The notes below the pieces were generated by a model. That model was given only the letters and a program-made list of their open reading frames with translations, was not told where the DNA came from and ran no database searches. DNA of 64,000 nucleotides from an uncultured Gammaproteobacteria bacterium (GTDB lineage: Bacteria; Pseudomonadota; Gammaproteobacteria; Steroidobacterales; Foliamicaceae), in assembly GCA_951828235.1 (NCBI GenBank), contig OX639965.1:2245556-2309555 (forward strand). Reading direction: 5' to 3'. Each line of letters opens with the position of its first letter. Within the stretch, counting starts at the first letter, position 1. Shown one piece after another: positions 37,053 to 46,879 of this stretch. Both the position numbers and the translations under genes were made by a program.

Positions 37053-37923
37053 CGGTGCGGTATCTGTCCAGCAGTTCCTCGCTGAGGCCGAATTCCCGGG
37101 CCAATCCTTCGAACAGCTTGCCGGTTACGGCGTTCTCGCCCCGATCACGGAGCGTGCCTTCCACCTGGCCCCTGACCATCTTCTGCAGGGCCTTGGGTAC
37201 CCCATTGAGCATGTCCTGCGCCTGGGCGTCCCACTCCATCGCCTCGGCCTCAACGGCCTCTTCCTCGGCCTCTTCAGCGACCGGTTCCACCTCGAAATCC
37301 GGCGGGTCGCCCAGCTCGTGCATGACCACGTCGTGGGTTGAGGTGTAGAAGTAATACTTGCGTTTTTCGTCGCCCAAGCCCACCGGCAGATTCATGGCCG
37401 GCAGGCGCTCGGCGCGGGGCAGGGCGGCCAGGCCCTTGTCCATCACGATGGCTTCCATCTTGCCGAGCACGTGGCCCTGGGTGCGGTCGAGTTCGTAGAT
37501 CTTGTCGACCGTGCATTCGATGATCTGCGGGCACTCGGCGATGCTCGGCGGCTTGACCTTGCGCGACGGAATCATCGTGTAGTTCGTGTAATCCAGTTCG
37601 TTGGCGCCCTCGGGATAGAAACGCCCGGTTTCCATCATGTCTTCCAGCGTGTCGTAGGAAGGGCAGTTGATCACGAATTCGCCGGTCTGGCGGATATTGT
37701 TGAAGGTGTCCGACGTGTTGCGGAAACCCAGCAGGATGCGCGGATTCTTGTGCATCACGTCGTGTTGCATGATGTGCGAATACGCTCCGGCGTTTATCCG
37801 GCCGTGCTTGTCCAGCGTGGTGACGATGGTGATGAGCTTGGGGAAGATCCAGTAATCCGAATACCAGAACGGACGGATACGCACTTCCTCCTTCTCGGGA
37901 AGATTGTTTACTTGGGTGTCCAT
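37033..37923 (-). CDS. Flavin-reductase-like (split-barrel) domain fused to a PCP_red-like C-terminal domain
   Basis: N-terminal LITIVTTLDKHGRINAGAYSHIM...GEFVINCP is flavin-reductase-like. An acidic linker (EVEPVAEEAEEEAVEAEA) is followed by MEWDAQAQDMLNGVPKALQKMVRGQVEGTLRDRGENAVTGKLFEGLAREFG. 20-nt overlap with the downstream MDR gene. Confidence 0.6.
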   Translation of the reverse strand: MDTQVNNLPEKEEVRIRPFWYSDYWIFPKLITIVTTLDKHGRINAGAYSHIMQHDVMHKNPRILLGFRNTSDTFNNIRQTGEFVINCPSYDTLEDMMETGRFYPEGANELDYTNYTMIPSRKVKPPSIAECPQIIECTVDKIYELDRTQGHVLGKMEAIVMDKGLAALPRAERLPAMNLPVGLGDEKRKYYFYTSTHDVVMHELGDPPDFEVEPVAEEAEEEAVEAEAMEWDAQAQDMLNGVPKALQKMVRGQVEGTLRDRGENAVTGKLFEGLAREFGLSEELLDRYRTDADTPA

Positions 37924-37988
37924 GTTTCGGGAGTATATCCGTCCTCAGGGCCGCGCGCAGCGGGCCCGCCGTTAAACTGCCTGCTCGA

Positions 37989-39554
37989 ATGAGCGAGGGG
38001 AAGAAAAAGCAGGGGCTGCTGGGGTCCTGGTCGCTGGTGGCGGGGCTTACCACCGTCTCCCGCGTGCTGGGACTGGCGCGCGAGATCGCCTTTGCCCGCT
38101 TCCTGGGCGCCGGCGTGGTCATGGACGCGTTCATCGTGGCCTTCCGCATCCCCAACCTGTTCCGGCACTTCTTCGCCGAGGGTGCGCTGACGCAGAGTTT
38201 CGTGCCGGTCTATTCCGAGCGCATGGAGGCCGGCGACAAGGAGGAGCTTGAGGACCTGCTGGGCCGGGTCATGGGCACGCTGGGGGCGGTCGTGGCGGTG
38301 GTGTCGCTGGTCGGCGTGATCTTCGCGCCGGCATTCGTCGGGCTTTGCGCGCCGGGCTTCGCGCTGGAGGGCGGGGAGTCGTACGAGCAGGCGGTGACGA
38401 TGCTGCGCCGCACCTTCCCGTACCTGTTCTTCATCTCGATTACCGCAATGCTTGCCGCGGCGCTGAATGCCCACCGCAAGTTCGCCGCGGCGGCCTTCAC
38501 CCCGGTGCTGATGAATGTCTGCCTGATCGCGGCGGCCGGCCTGTACGTCATGCAGGCGGACCCGCAGGGCACGGTGCTGGGCTGGGGCGTCTTCGCGGCC
38601 GGCCCCGCGCAGATGGCCTTTCTGCTGGTGTTCGCCCGCGCCACCTGCGGTTCCTTCCGCCCGCAATGGGGCTGGCGGGACTCGCGGGTGCGGCGCATCC
38701 TCACGCTGATGGTGCCGGTCATCATCGGCTCGTCGGCCGCCCAGGTGGGCGTGCTGCTGGACACGGTCCTGGCCAGCTTCCTGGCGTCCGGGAGCCTGAG
38801 CTGGCTGAACTTCTCGCAGCGCCTCATGGAGTTTCCGCTGGGCGTGTTCGGTGTCGCCCTGGCAACGGTGGCGCTGCCCAGGCTCTCCCGCCTGCATGCC
38901 GCGGGCGAGCGCGACGAATACCTGGCCTCCACGGGCTGGGCTATCCGTTCCGGGCTGGCCATTTCGCTGCCCTGCGCCGCCGGGCTCTTCATCCTGGCGG
39001 AGCCGATCATGGCCACGTTGTTCCTGGGCGGCAAGTTCAGCGTCGTGGACGTGGAAATGGCGGCCCTGAGCCTTCAGGCCTATGCCCTGGGATTGCCCGG
39101 CCTGGTGGGAATCAAGACGCTGGTTCCTTCGTTCTTCGCCCGCCAGGACATGAAGACCCCGGTCAAGGTGGCGTTGCTGGCCCTGGCCTGCAAGTTTGCG
39201 GTGACGCTGCCGCTGCTCTCGTACTGGGTGGCGCAGAACCTGCACGCGCCGCATGCGGTGCTGGCGGGCGGCACGGCGCTGGGCGCGACGATCAACGCGG
39301 CCGCCCTGTGGCTGCTGTTCAGGCGCCAGGATCCCGACGCCAAGCGGGGTGCGATGTTCAGGCCGCTATTGCGTATCGTCGTGGCGACGGGACTGATTTC
39401 GGTCCTGCTGATCGAATTCGCCCCGGCCCCCGCGCTCTGGCCGGAGGTTTCGCGGGTTGTCCGGGTGCTGTGGATACTGGCCTGCGTGGGCGGCGCCGCG
39501 GCGGCGTATTTCGTTGGTCTGTTCCTGACCGGTCACCGCTGGCGGGACGACTAG
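37989..39554 (+). CDS. murJ: Lipid II flippase MurJ (MviN)
   Basis: TVSRVLGLAREIAFARFLGAGVVMDAFIVAFRIPNLFRHFFAEGALTQSFVPVY. Confidence 0.93.
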   Translation: MSEGKKKQGLLGSWSLVAGLTTVSRVLGLAREIAFARFLGAGVVMDAFIVAFRIPNLFRHFFAEGALTQSFVPVYSERMEAGDKEELEDLLGRVMGTLGAVVAVVSLVGVIFAPAFVGLCAPGFALEGGESYEQAVTMLRRTFPYLFFISITAMLAAALNAHRKFAAAAFTPVLMNVCLIAAAGLYVMQADPQGTVLGWGVFAAGPAQMAFLLVFARATCGSFRPQWGWRDSRVRRILTLMVPVIIGSSAAQVGVLLDTVLASFLASGSLSWLNFSQRLMEFPLGVFGVALATVALPRLSRLHAAGERDEYLASTGWAIRSGLAISLPCAAGLFILAEPIMATLFLGGKFSVVDVEMAALSLQAYALGLPGLVGIKTLVPSFFARQDMKTPVKVALLALACKFAVTLPLLSYWVAQNLHAPHAVLAGGTALGATINAAALWLLFRRQDPDAKRGAMFRPLLRIVVATGLISVLLIEFAPAPALWPEVSRVVRVLWILACVGGAAAAYFVGLFLTGHRWRDD

Positions 39555-39620
39555 ACCCTCCTATAATTGCTCCACTGGAGCAACTATTCGTTCCACCACG
39601 GCCTTCCCGCTCAGCAAGCG

Positions 39621-40556
39621 ATGCTTCTCCTACGCCGAATTCCCCGCTTGCCGGCCTCCATCAACGACGGATGCGCCGTGACCATAGGCGGCTTCGACGG
39701 CATGCACATCGGTCACCAGGAGGTCCTGGGCCGGGTCCTCAAGGCGGCCCGCGAGCGCAACCTGGCGGCGGTCGTATTCAGTTTCGAGCCGTCTCCCAAG
39801 GAATTCATGGCGAGGGGAACGCCGCCGCCCCGACTGATGACCCTGCGCGAAAAATGTGCCGCGCTGAACGCCGCGGGCCTGGACGCCCTCTATTGCCCAC
39901 CGTTCAACGATGCGATTCGCACACTTTCTCCGAATGACTTCATGCGCAGGCTGTTGTCCGGACTGCTGAACGCGCGGCACGTGATCCAGGGGCCGGGCTT
40001 CCGGTTCGGCTACAGGCGAGGCGGCGGCATGGATGAGCTCGAGGCCGGTGGCAGGCAGCTCGGCTTCAGCGTGGAGCAGGCGCCGCCCGTGAGCGTCGAC
40101 GGCGAGCGCGTTTCGAGCACCGGCGTGCGGCGGGCGCTGGCGGCTTCCGACCTGGCGCGCGCCGCGAAGCTGCTGGGCCGCCGCTACAGCATGGGCGGGC
40201 GCGTCATTCACGGTCTCAACATCGGCGCCGCAAAGCTGGGCTATCCCACGGCCAATATTCCGCTCAAGGGCCGCGTCAGTCCGCTGGACGGCATCTTCGC
40301 CGTGCGCGTGCATCGCGTGGAGGAAGAGCCGCTGGCGGGCGTGGCCAGCATCGGCTACCGGCCCACGGTGGGTGGCACCGAGAAAATCCTCGAAGCGCAT
40401 ATCTTCGATTTCAGCGGCGACCTGTACGGACGTTTCCTGGACGTCGAGCCGGTGGCGAAGTTGCGCGACGAAGTGCACTTCAAGAATCTTGACGAACTGC
40501 GCGTGCAGATGGATCGCGACGCCGACGAGGCCCGCGCGCTCTTGCGCGCCGCGTAG
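39621..40556 (+). CDS. ribF: Bifunctional riboflavin kinase / FMN adenylyltransferase
   Basis: CAVTIGGFDGMHIGHQEVL, GPGFRFGYRRGG, GYPTANI and LEAHIFDFSGDLYG. Start at M19 of the tracked ORF. Confidence 0.9.
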   Translation: MLLLRRIPRLPASINDGCAVTIGGFDGMHIGHQEVLGRVLKAARERNLAAVVFSFEPSPKEFMARGTPPPRLMTLREKCAALNAAGLDALYCPPFNDAIRTLSPNDFMRRLLSGLLNARHVIQGPGFRFGYRRGGGMDELEAGGRQLGFSVEQAPPVSVDGERVSSTGVRRALAASDLARAAKLLGRRYSMGGRVIHGLNIGAAKLGYPTANIPLKGRVSPLDGIFAVRVHRVEEEPLAGVASIGYRPTVGGTEKILEAHIFDFSGDLYGRFLDVEPVAKLRDEVHFKNLDELRVQMDRDADEARALLRAA

Positions 40557-40598
40557 CGGTTCGCCACACTTCCGTTTTCGAGCACACTTCACGCTGAC

Positions 40599-43373
40599 AT
40601 GCCCGACTACCGCGACACCCTGAACCTGCCGCGTACGGCTTTCCCGATGCGGGCCAACCTGGCGCGCCGCGAGCCGGACATGCTGCGCGAATGGGAGAAC
40701 GGTGGCCGCTACAGGCGCATCCGCGAGCGCATGGCCGGGCGCAGGAAGTTCACGCTGCTGGACGGTCCGCCGTACGCCAACGGCTCGATCCACATCGGCC
40801 ATGCCTACAACAAGGTGCTCAAGGACATCATCGTGAAATCGAAGATTCTCGACGGCTACGACGCGCCCTACGTTCCGGGCTGGGATTGCCACGGCCTGCC
40901 GATCGAGGTGCGGGTGGAGCGGGAACTGGGCCACGAGGCCGCCGCCCTCGACGGCGCAGCCTTTCGCGAGGCCTGCCGGCGCTATGCGGCTGGCCAGATC
41001 GAAGGCCAGCGCGAGGATTTCCGCCGGCTTGGCGTGCTGGGCGAGTGGGAACGGCCGTACCTGACCATGGCGTCGCGTTACGAGGCCAACCAGATCCGGG
41101 CGTTCGCCGAAATCTTCGCCCGCGGCCACGTCTATCGCGGCCAGAAGCCGGTCCACTGGTGCCTGGACTGCGGGTCGGCCCTGGCGGAAGCGGAGGTCGA
41201 ATACGAAGACAAGACCTCGATTGCCGTAGACGTGCGATTCGTCGCCGACGATCCCGCCGATTTCCACGCCCGCGTACCGGGCCTGGAGGCAAGCGATGCG
41301 CCGCTGTGCGTCCCAATCTGGACGACCACGCCGTGGACCCTGCCGGCCAACCGCGCGGTGGTCCTCAGCGACACTTTCGACTACGTTCTTACGGAGGCGG
41401 AGATCGACGGACGGGTCGAGCGCCTGGTGCTGGCGCGCGCGCTTGCCGGCGACGCCCTGGAGCGCTTCGGCGCGAGCGGCGCGCGCGAGCTGGCCGCGCT
41501 GAAAGGCGCGCAACTCGCCGGCGTAAACCTGCGGCATCCCTTCTATGATCGCCTGGCGCCCGTGCTCACCGCCGATTACGTCACGCTGGAAGCCGGCACC
41601 GGCGCCGTGCACACCGCGCCCGCGCACGGGCTGGACGACTTTGCGACCTGCCGCAAGGCGGGTCTGCCGGTGGACAATCCGCTCGGCATCGACGGCCATT
41701 TCCTCAAGGACACGGGCCTGGTGGGCGGGCTGCACGTCGAAGAGGCCGACAGGCGCATTCCTGACCTGCTGGCGGATCGCGGCATGCTGCTTTGCCGGGA
41801 AAGCTACCGGCACAGCTATCCGCACTGCTGGCGGCACCATCGCCCGCTTCTGTTTACCGCGACCCCGCAGTGGTTCGTGGGCCTGGACCGGGAGGGATTG
41901 CGCGCCAGGGCCGCCGAAGCCATCGGGCAAGTGGACTGGTATCCGGGCTGGGCCGAGGAGCGTATTGCTTCAATGGTCGAAACCCGCCCGGACTGGTGCA
42001 TCTCGCGCAGCCGCGCCTGGGGCGTGCCGCTGCCGCTGCTGGTGGATCGCGAAACCGGCGAACCGCACCCGGACTCGGCGCGGCTGATGGCGAAGATCGC
42101 CGGGCGCATGGACGAGAAGGGCATCGAGGCGTGGTTCACGCTCGACCCGGCCGAGCTGCTGGGAGACGAGGCGGAGCGCTACCGCAAGGTCACGGACGTG
42201 ATGGACGTGTGGATGGATTCCGGACTGGTGCATCGTTGCGTGGGCGCCGAGCATCCGGAGATCGAGGACCCCGCCGACCTCTACGTGGAAGGCTCCGATC
42301 AGCATCGCGGCTGGTTCCAGTCGTCGTTGCTGACGTCGGTGGCCATCGACGGCCGGGCGCCGTACCGGGCCGTGCTGACGCACGGTTTCGCCGTGGACGA
42401 GGAGGGCCGCAAGCAGTCCAAGTCGCGAGGCAACGTAGTGGACCCGCGCGAAGTGGTCGACAAGCTGGGCGCGGACGTGCTCAGGCTTTGGGTGATGACT
42501 ACCGACTACCGGCGCGAAATGAGCATTTCCCCGGACATCCTCACGCGCGTATCGGACGCGTACCGCCGCCTGAGGAATACGGCGCGCTTCCTGCTCGGCA
42601 ACCTGAGCGACTTCGATCCCGACCGGCACGCGGTGGCGCCGGAGAACGCCGTGGACCTGGACCTTTGGGCGTTGCAGCGGACCGGGGAGCTGAACGATGC
42701 GGTGTGGAAGCACTACCGAAACTACGAGTTCCACCCGATATTCCAGCAGGTACACAACTTCTGTGTTGTCGACATGGGCAATTTCTACCTGGACGTGATC
42801 AAGGACCGCCTCTATACAATGCCGGCGGACAGCCACGGCAGGCGTTCGGCGCAGACCGCGCTCTGGCACATCGGCGAATGCCTGGCGCGCTGGCTTGCTC
42901 CGGTGCTCAGCTTCACGATCGAGGAATTCTGGAAGGAGTTCGCCGGGGACCGCCCGGAATCCGTATTCATGTGCGGACCGCACGAACTGCCCGATCTGCC
43001 CGCGTGCCGGGCCGACTGGGACACGCTGCGCGAAGCGCGCGCTCAGGTCCTGGGCGTAATGGAGGAAGCGCGCAAGGCCGGGCAGGTGGGTTCGTCGCTG
43101 GAGGCGGAACTTACTGTGCCCGCGGACGACGCCACCCTGACCGCCCTGCGGCAACTCGGTGACGAATTGCGCTTTGTGTTTATTTCCGCGGCGGTGGAGC
43201 TTGAGCCGGGGGAGGCGGGGCAGGCGCCTGTATGCGGCGCGAGCGAGCAGCTGAAATGCGAACGTTGCTGGCACCGCGTGTCCGTGCGCCCGGAAGGCGA
43301 AGACCATGCCGGTTTGTGCGAGCGTTGCGTGCTGAATATTGAAGGCGCGGGCGAAACGCGGGTCTGGGCATGA
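40599..43373 (+). CDS. ileS: Isoleucine--tRNA ligase
   Basis: [16 protein letters not shown] (HIGH), KQSKSRGN (KMSKS), and C-terminal zinc cysteines CERCWHR...CERC. Confidence 0.97.
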   Translation: MPDYRDTLNLPRTAFPMRANLARREPDMLREWENGGRYRRIRERMAGRRKFTLLDGPPYANGSIHIGHAYNKVLKDIIVKSKILDGYDAPYVPGWDCHGLPIEVRVERELGHEAAALDGAAFREACRRYAAGQIEGQREDFRRLGVLGEWERPYLTMASRYEANQIRAFAEIFARGHVYRGQKPVHWCLDCGSALAEAEVEYEDKTSIAVDVRFVADDPADFHARVPGLEASDAPLCVPIWTTTPWTLPANRAVVLSDTFDYVLTEAEIDGRVERLVLARALAGDALERFGASGARELAALKGAQLAGVNLRHPFYDRLAPVLTADYVTLEAGTGAVHTAPAHGLDDFATCRKAGLPVDNPLGIDGHFLKDTGLVGGLHVEEADRRIPDLLADRGMLLCRESYRHSYPHCWRHHRPLLFTATPQWFVGLDREGLRARAAEAIGQVDWYPGWAEERIASMVETRPDWCISRSRAWGVPLPLLVDRETGEPHPDSARLMAKIAGRMDEKGIEAWFTLDPAELLGDEAERYRKVTDVMDVWMDSGLVHRCVGAEHPEIEDPADLYVEGSDQHRGWFQSSLLTSVAIDGRAPYRAVLTHGFAVDEEGRKQSKSRGNVVDPREVVDKLGADVLRLWVMTTDYRREMSISPDILTRVSDAYRRLRNTARFLLGNLSDFDPDRHAVAPENAVDLDLWALQRTGELNDAVWKHYRNYEFHPIFQQVHNFCVVDMGNFYLDVIKDRLYTMPADSHGRRSAQTALWHIGECLARWLAPVLSFTIEEFWKEFAGDRPESVFMCGPHELPDLPACRADWDTLREARAQVLGVMEEARKAGQVGSSLEAELTVPADDATLTALRQLGDELRFVFISAAVELEPGEAGQAPVCGASEQLKCERCWHRVSVRPEGEDHAGLCERCVLNIEGAGETRVWA

Positions 43374-43852
43374 AGGCGCCGCGGTTCAGCGTGTTGCTCG
43401 CGGTGTCGGCCTGCGTTGCGGTGGCGGACCAGGTGGTGAAGTGGATTGTGGCCGCACGCCTGGACGAGCTGCAGCGCATCGTGGTGCTGCCGTTTTTCGA
43501 CCTGGTGCGCTGGCACAACACGGGCGCCGCATTCGGCATGCTTTCGGGCGCGTCAGGCTGGCAGAACGGCATGTTTCTCGTGCTGGGGCTGGTGCTTGTG
43601 GGGGTCCTGGGGTGGATGATGCGCAGCGCCTCCAAAGCCGAGGACACGCTGTGGGGGCTTGGACTGTCACTGATGACCGGGGGAGCGGTGGGCAATCTCA
43701 TCGATCGCGTGGCGCGCGGATACGTGCTCGACTTCGTGTCGCTGCACTACGGGGGCTGGTACTTCCCGGCTTTCAACGTCGCCGATTCCGCGATCACCGT
43801 CGGCGTGACCCTGGTGCTTCTGCACGTCATTCTCCAAAGCCGCTCGACTTAA
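43370..43852 (+). CDS. lspA: Lipoprotein signal peptidase II
   Basis: [27 protein letters not shown] and [15 protein letters not shown] overlap with ileS. Its stop overlaps the convergent pilE-like stop (TTAA). Confidence 0.93.
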   Translation: MKAPRFSVLLAVSACVAVADQVVKWIVAARLDELQRIVVLPFFDLVRWHNTGAAFGMLSGASGWQNGMFLVLGLVLVGVLGWMMRSASKAEDTLWGLGLSLMTGGAVGNLIDRVARGYVLDFVSLHYGGWYFPAFNVADSAITVGVTLVLLHVILQSRST

Positions 43853-44340
43853 GGCCAGCAGGCGTCCGTGCTGTCCTCGCCGCCGGCGCTCTCCGCCGTG
43901 CGGCGGCCGGTGGAATCCACGGCAAGAACGCGGCACCGCTCGTCACCGCCCTGAGGACCCTCCGGATCGGCCACCGCCTCTGCCCGGAAACCGCCGGCTA
44001 AACCGCCTTCAGGCGCGCGCAGCCGAAGTTCGTAATAGCCGCGCTCGGTGCCGCTCACGCCCAGGCCGGCGGGCGGCGGAACCGCCAGTTCATCCGCGCG
44101 CGCATAGCGTCCGTTCTCGAAGAAGAAGCGCTCCTGCAGGACGGCGACACGCAGCAGCGCGTCGGTGGCGTCCAGGCGCCGCGTGCGTTCGAGCTGTCCG
44201 GTCCAAAGCGGCGTGGTCGCCGCGGCCAGCAATGCGAGTATGGCCAGCGCCACCAGCAATTCCGTCAGACTGAACCCCCGCGAGCGAGGGCGTCCCCGCC
44301 CTCCAATGACACTTGCCCGAAGAATCCCGGCGATTCTCAT
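43849..44340 (-). CDS. pilE: Type IV minor pilin, PilE-like
   Basis: Prepilin motif G|FSLTELLVALAILALLAA after an unusually long 22-aa leader. ATGA overlap with the upstream pilX-like gene. Confidence 0.75.
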   Translation of the reverse strand: MRIAGILRASVIGGRGRPRSRGFSLTELLVALAILALLAAATTPLWTGQLERTRRLDATDALLRVAVLQERFFFENGRYARADELAVPPPAGLGVSGTERGYYELRLRAPEGGLAGGFRAEAVADPEGPQGGDERCRVLAVDSTGRRTAESAGGEDSTDACWP

Positions 44341-44870
44341 TCCAGACCCTCACGCCAATAGCGTCGGACCGGCGGCTGCGCAGCATCCTCCGGACAGTCG
44401 CCATCAACCTGGCAAATCTCGATTTCTTCGGGCAAGGCAGCGTCCGATTCGCCCGGCGCCAGCAACATGAAACCGACCACCACCGGTGCCCGCGCCCGGG
44501 GTCCGGCCGTTCCCAGGGAGCGCACCTCGAAATGCAGAGCGCGTTTCGGCGCGTCCGGTTCTTCAAAGCCTGGCGGGGGCGCGGTCGTTTCCACGAAACG
44601 CATGCTCCACTCCACGCATCGGGAAGCGATTCGGCAATAGCGCCCGTCTTGCGGCGCATCCAGGCGGAAGCGCCGGGCGGACAGCGCCATGCCGACTCCG
44701 GTTTCCGCCAGTCGGACCGCCTCGGCATATTCCCTTGCATTGCGGACCTGCAGCCATTGCAGCGCGGCGTCCCCGTGGCCGGCCGTAGCCAGCAGCGACA
44801 GGGCCGCGAGCACCATCAGCACCACGGCCAGCACAACGCCGCGCTCGGAATTCTCAGCCCTCCCGCGCAT
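44337..44870 (-). CDS. pilX: Type IV pilus assembly protein, PilX-like
   Basis: MRGRAENSERGVVLAVVLMVLAALSLLATAG is a PilX N-terminal-type hydrophobic segment. Start at M55 of the tracked ORF, overlapping the pilW-like end by 17 nt. Confidence 0.6.
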   Translation of the reverse strand: MRGRAENSERGVVLAVVLMVLAALSLLATAGHGDAALQWLQVRNAREYAEAVRLAETGVGMALSARRFRLDAPQDGRYCRIASRCVEWSMRFVETTAPPPGFEEPDAPKRALHFEVRSLGTAGPRARAPVVVGFMLLAPGESDAALPEEIEICQVDGDCPEDAAQPPVRRYWREGLE

Positions 44871-45780
44871 TCGCCACCATCTCGCTTCCGGCCACGAGCA
44901 GGCGGCGCCTTGAGTCGTCGAAACTTCGCACGGCGCGGTCCGCATAGGCGTAGGTCTTCGCGTCCACGTAGCCCGTTTCGGCCCTGTAGTGGCGCAGGAG
45001 CAGCCAGAAACGCACTGCCACGACACGCGCACCGGGCGCTTCCGGCGCGACCGGATCGATTACGCGGTCGGCCCGCCCGTCGCCGTCAACATCAAGCGCC
45101 AGACGAACCTGAAAGTCTTCTACGCCGGAAAGGATCTCCTCGTCGCGCAAGGATCCACCCCTGACCAGGGTCTTGCGCCGCAACGAAGGTTCCCCGGGCT
45201 CGTGACTGGAGCGGGCGGCGACATACCAGGCGTGCACCAGGAGATCGCGAATCTCGGTTTCGCCTTCCAGCGCGGGTGGCGAATTGGCGGAAAACACGAC
45301 TCCTTCGCGGCGCGACGAATGCACCTGCAATCGCCGCGAATCCACGCCCGTAGTTGCCGGGCCCGCCCGGCGGATTTCCAGCACGTCGGTTCCGGCCTGC
45401 CGCGCGTTCCGGTATGGGGGACAGGGCAGCGGCCAGGAGTCGGCGGCGGCCACGTAGCTTTCAAACCGAAAGGCCCAGTTGCCAACGTTTGTGCCGCCAC
45501 AGCGGATCGACGTCCCCGCGGCTACCCGGAGCGCCCCGGGGTCGGAACTCAGTCCCCAGAAGCCTGCCGAGCGCACGTCGGCGCGCAGCAGGTCCAGCAC
45601 GAAGCGCGCCTTTTCCTCAAGACTGTGCAGGTTGTCCGCCGCCCGGCTCGACTGGCGCAGCTGCTGCACGGCGCCGAAGACGCCCAGCAGCAACAGGCTC
45701 GAGATGGCGAGCGACACGAGGAGTTCGGCCAGACTGCTGCCCCGCTGGCCGTCCCAATGAGGTGCTATCGGCCTACCCAC
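44854..45780 (-). CDS. pilW: Type IV minor pilin, PilW-like
   Basis: QRGSSLAELLVSLAISSLLLLGVFGAV is a prepilin-like N-terminus. GTG 45780 is the nearest in-frame start and overlaps the pilV-like end by 16 nt. Confidence 0.6.
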   Translation of the reverse strand: MGRPIAPHWDGQRGSSLAELLVSLAISSLLLLGVFGAVQQLRQSSRAADNLHSLEEKARFVLDLLRADVRSAGFWGLSSDPGALRVAAGTSIRCGGTNVGNWAFRFESYVAAADSWPLPCPPYRNARQAGTDVLEIRRAGPATTGVDSRRLQVHSSRREGVVFSANSPPALEGETEIRDLLVHAWYVAARSSHEPGEPSLRRKTLVRGGSLRDEEILSGVEDFQVRLALDVDGDGRADRVIDPVAPEAPGARVVAVRFWLLLRHYRAETGYVDAKTYAYADRAVRSFDDSRRRLLVAGSEMVANAREG

Positions 45781-46151
45781 AGCACCAGCCGTGCGGTGTC
45801 GCGGGCGCCCGCGGGCCAGCGCATTTCGACCTGATATGCCGGCGGTCCGCCGCCCAGCGCCCTCACTTCGCATTGCAGACCCGGCAGGGCGGCCGAAGCC
45901 TGCCTTTGCCAGGAACGCAATTCATCGCCGCCACTTGCCGAGGGGTTCGCGGCAATACGGGCGACGAGGTCCTGCCCCATCATTTCGGCGAGGAAGTAAC
46001 TGTGCGCGGCGCGGCTCTCCTGCAGGCGCCCGGTGATCAGGGCGCCGGTGCCGAGCAGCCCCAGGCTGAAGAGCGCCAGTGCAAGCAGGCATTCGGCGAG
46101 ACTGAAGCCCCGCTCGCGCTTACCCCGGCGGGCAGGAAAGCGGGTCGCCAT
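45765..46151 (-). CDS. pilV: Type IV pilus modification protein PilV-like minor pilin
   Basis: RERG|FSLAECLLALALFSLGLLG. Start at ATG 46151 or 46169. Confidence 0.65.
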   Translation of the reverse strand: MATRFPARRGKRERGFSLAECLLALALFSLGLLGTGALITGRLQESRAAHSYFLAEMMGQDLVARIAANPSASGGDELRSWQRQASAALPGLQCEVRALGGGPPAYQVEMRWPAGARDTARLVLWVGR

Positions 46152-46644
46152 TGCTGGCCTTGGCGGCAAGTCGCGGCCTGCCGATATTGTTGATGATGAT
46201 CGCGCGCGCCGCGCCGCTTCCGCGCCGGTCGCAAACGATCAGGGTGCCGTTGGTGGAGCGCCCGCGGAACGGCCGGAACACGAACCGGGTGCGATTCGAG
46301 CGAATGGACAGACCGGCCTGGCCCCGCGATCGGTAGAGGATCGAACCCGGCGGCGGCGCGTGCGGCGCCGAAGCAATAGGGCCGTCGTGGACAATCCAAC
46401 CGGCGTCCCAATCCTCCGCGGCGCCGCAGCGCCATCCGTCCGGGCTGGAACACACAATCGTGTCCCGGCCCCTCTCGGCGGCCGTGCGGCGCGCGAAGTG
46501 CAGGCTGCGGATCAATCCGTTGATCGTCGTGCTCCGCTGCAGATTGAGCATTCCGGTCGCGATAAGGGGCTGGGTCAGGACGACTGCAATTGCGCTGACG
46601 GTCAATGCAACCAGAATTTCCAAAAGCGTAAAGCCACGCATCAT
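46120..46644 (-). CDS. fimT: GspH/FimT-family minor pilin
   Basis: MMRG|FTLLEILVALTVSAIAVVL, then INGLIRSLHFARRTAAERG (FimT/GspH-like). Start at M30 of the tracked ORF. Confidence 0.7.
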   Translation of the reverse strand: MMRGFTLLEILVALTVSAIAVVLTQPLIATGMLNLQRSTTINGLIRSLHFARRTAAERGRDTIVCSSPDGWRCGAAEDWDAGWIVHDGPIASAPHAPPPGSILYRSRGQAGLSIRSNRTRFVFRPFRGRSTNGTLIVCDRRGSGAARAIIINNIGRPRLAAKASNGDPLSCPPG

Positions 46645-46800
46645 GCGATCCCTTGCGTGCGCCGATCCCGCGGGCGCAGAGGGCAAATTACCTGCTTGCC
46701 TGACGCGGCTGAAGACAGCTATTGCACGCATTCGCCGAAAAATCCGGCAAATGGCGTTTGCGATACAATCCGGCGCTTCTGGTGCTCAAGGCACGACCCG

Positions 46801-46876
<76 letters not shown>

Positions 46877-46879
46877 CCT

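Noticed and set aside
37908-39937. 448-aa minus-strand and 530-aa alternative-frame ORFs overlapping murJ.
   Set aside because: Arg/Gly/His-rich nonsense-like composition. The murJ frame is clearly the real gene.
39630-41930. 766-aa minus-strand ORF opposite ribF/ileS, plus several alternative-frame ORFs within ileS.
   Set aside because: Low-complexity Arg/Ala/Gly composition. The region is fully explained by ribF and ileS, which have HIGH/KMSKS and riboflavin kinase motifs.
44286-44303. GAGGGCG-TCCC-CGCCCTC hairpin resembling the gene-end repeat family, but located inside the pilE-like coding region.
   Set aside because: It encodes the GGRGRP part of the leader, has a 4-nt loop, and lacks the conserved CCGGGAAA flank. 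It is probably a chance similarity in GC-rich coding DNA, so I did not count it as a repeat copy.
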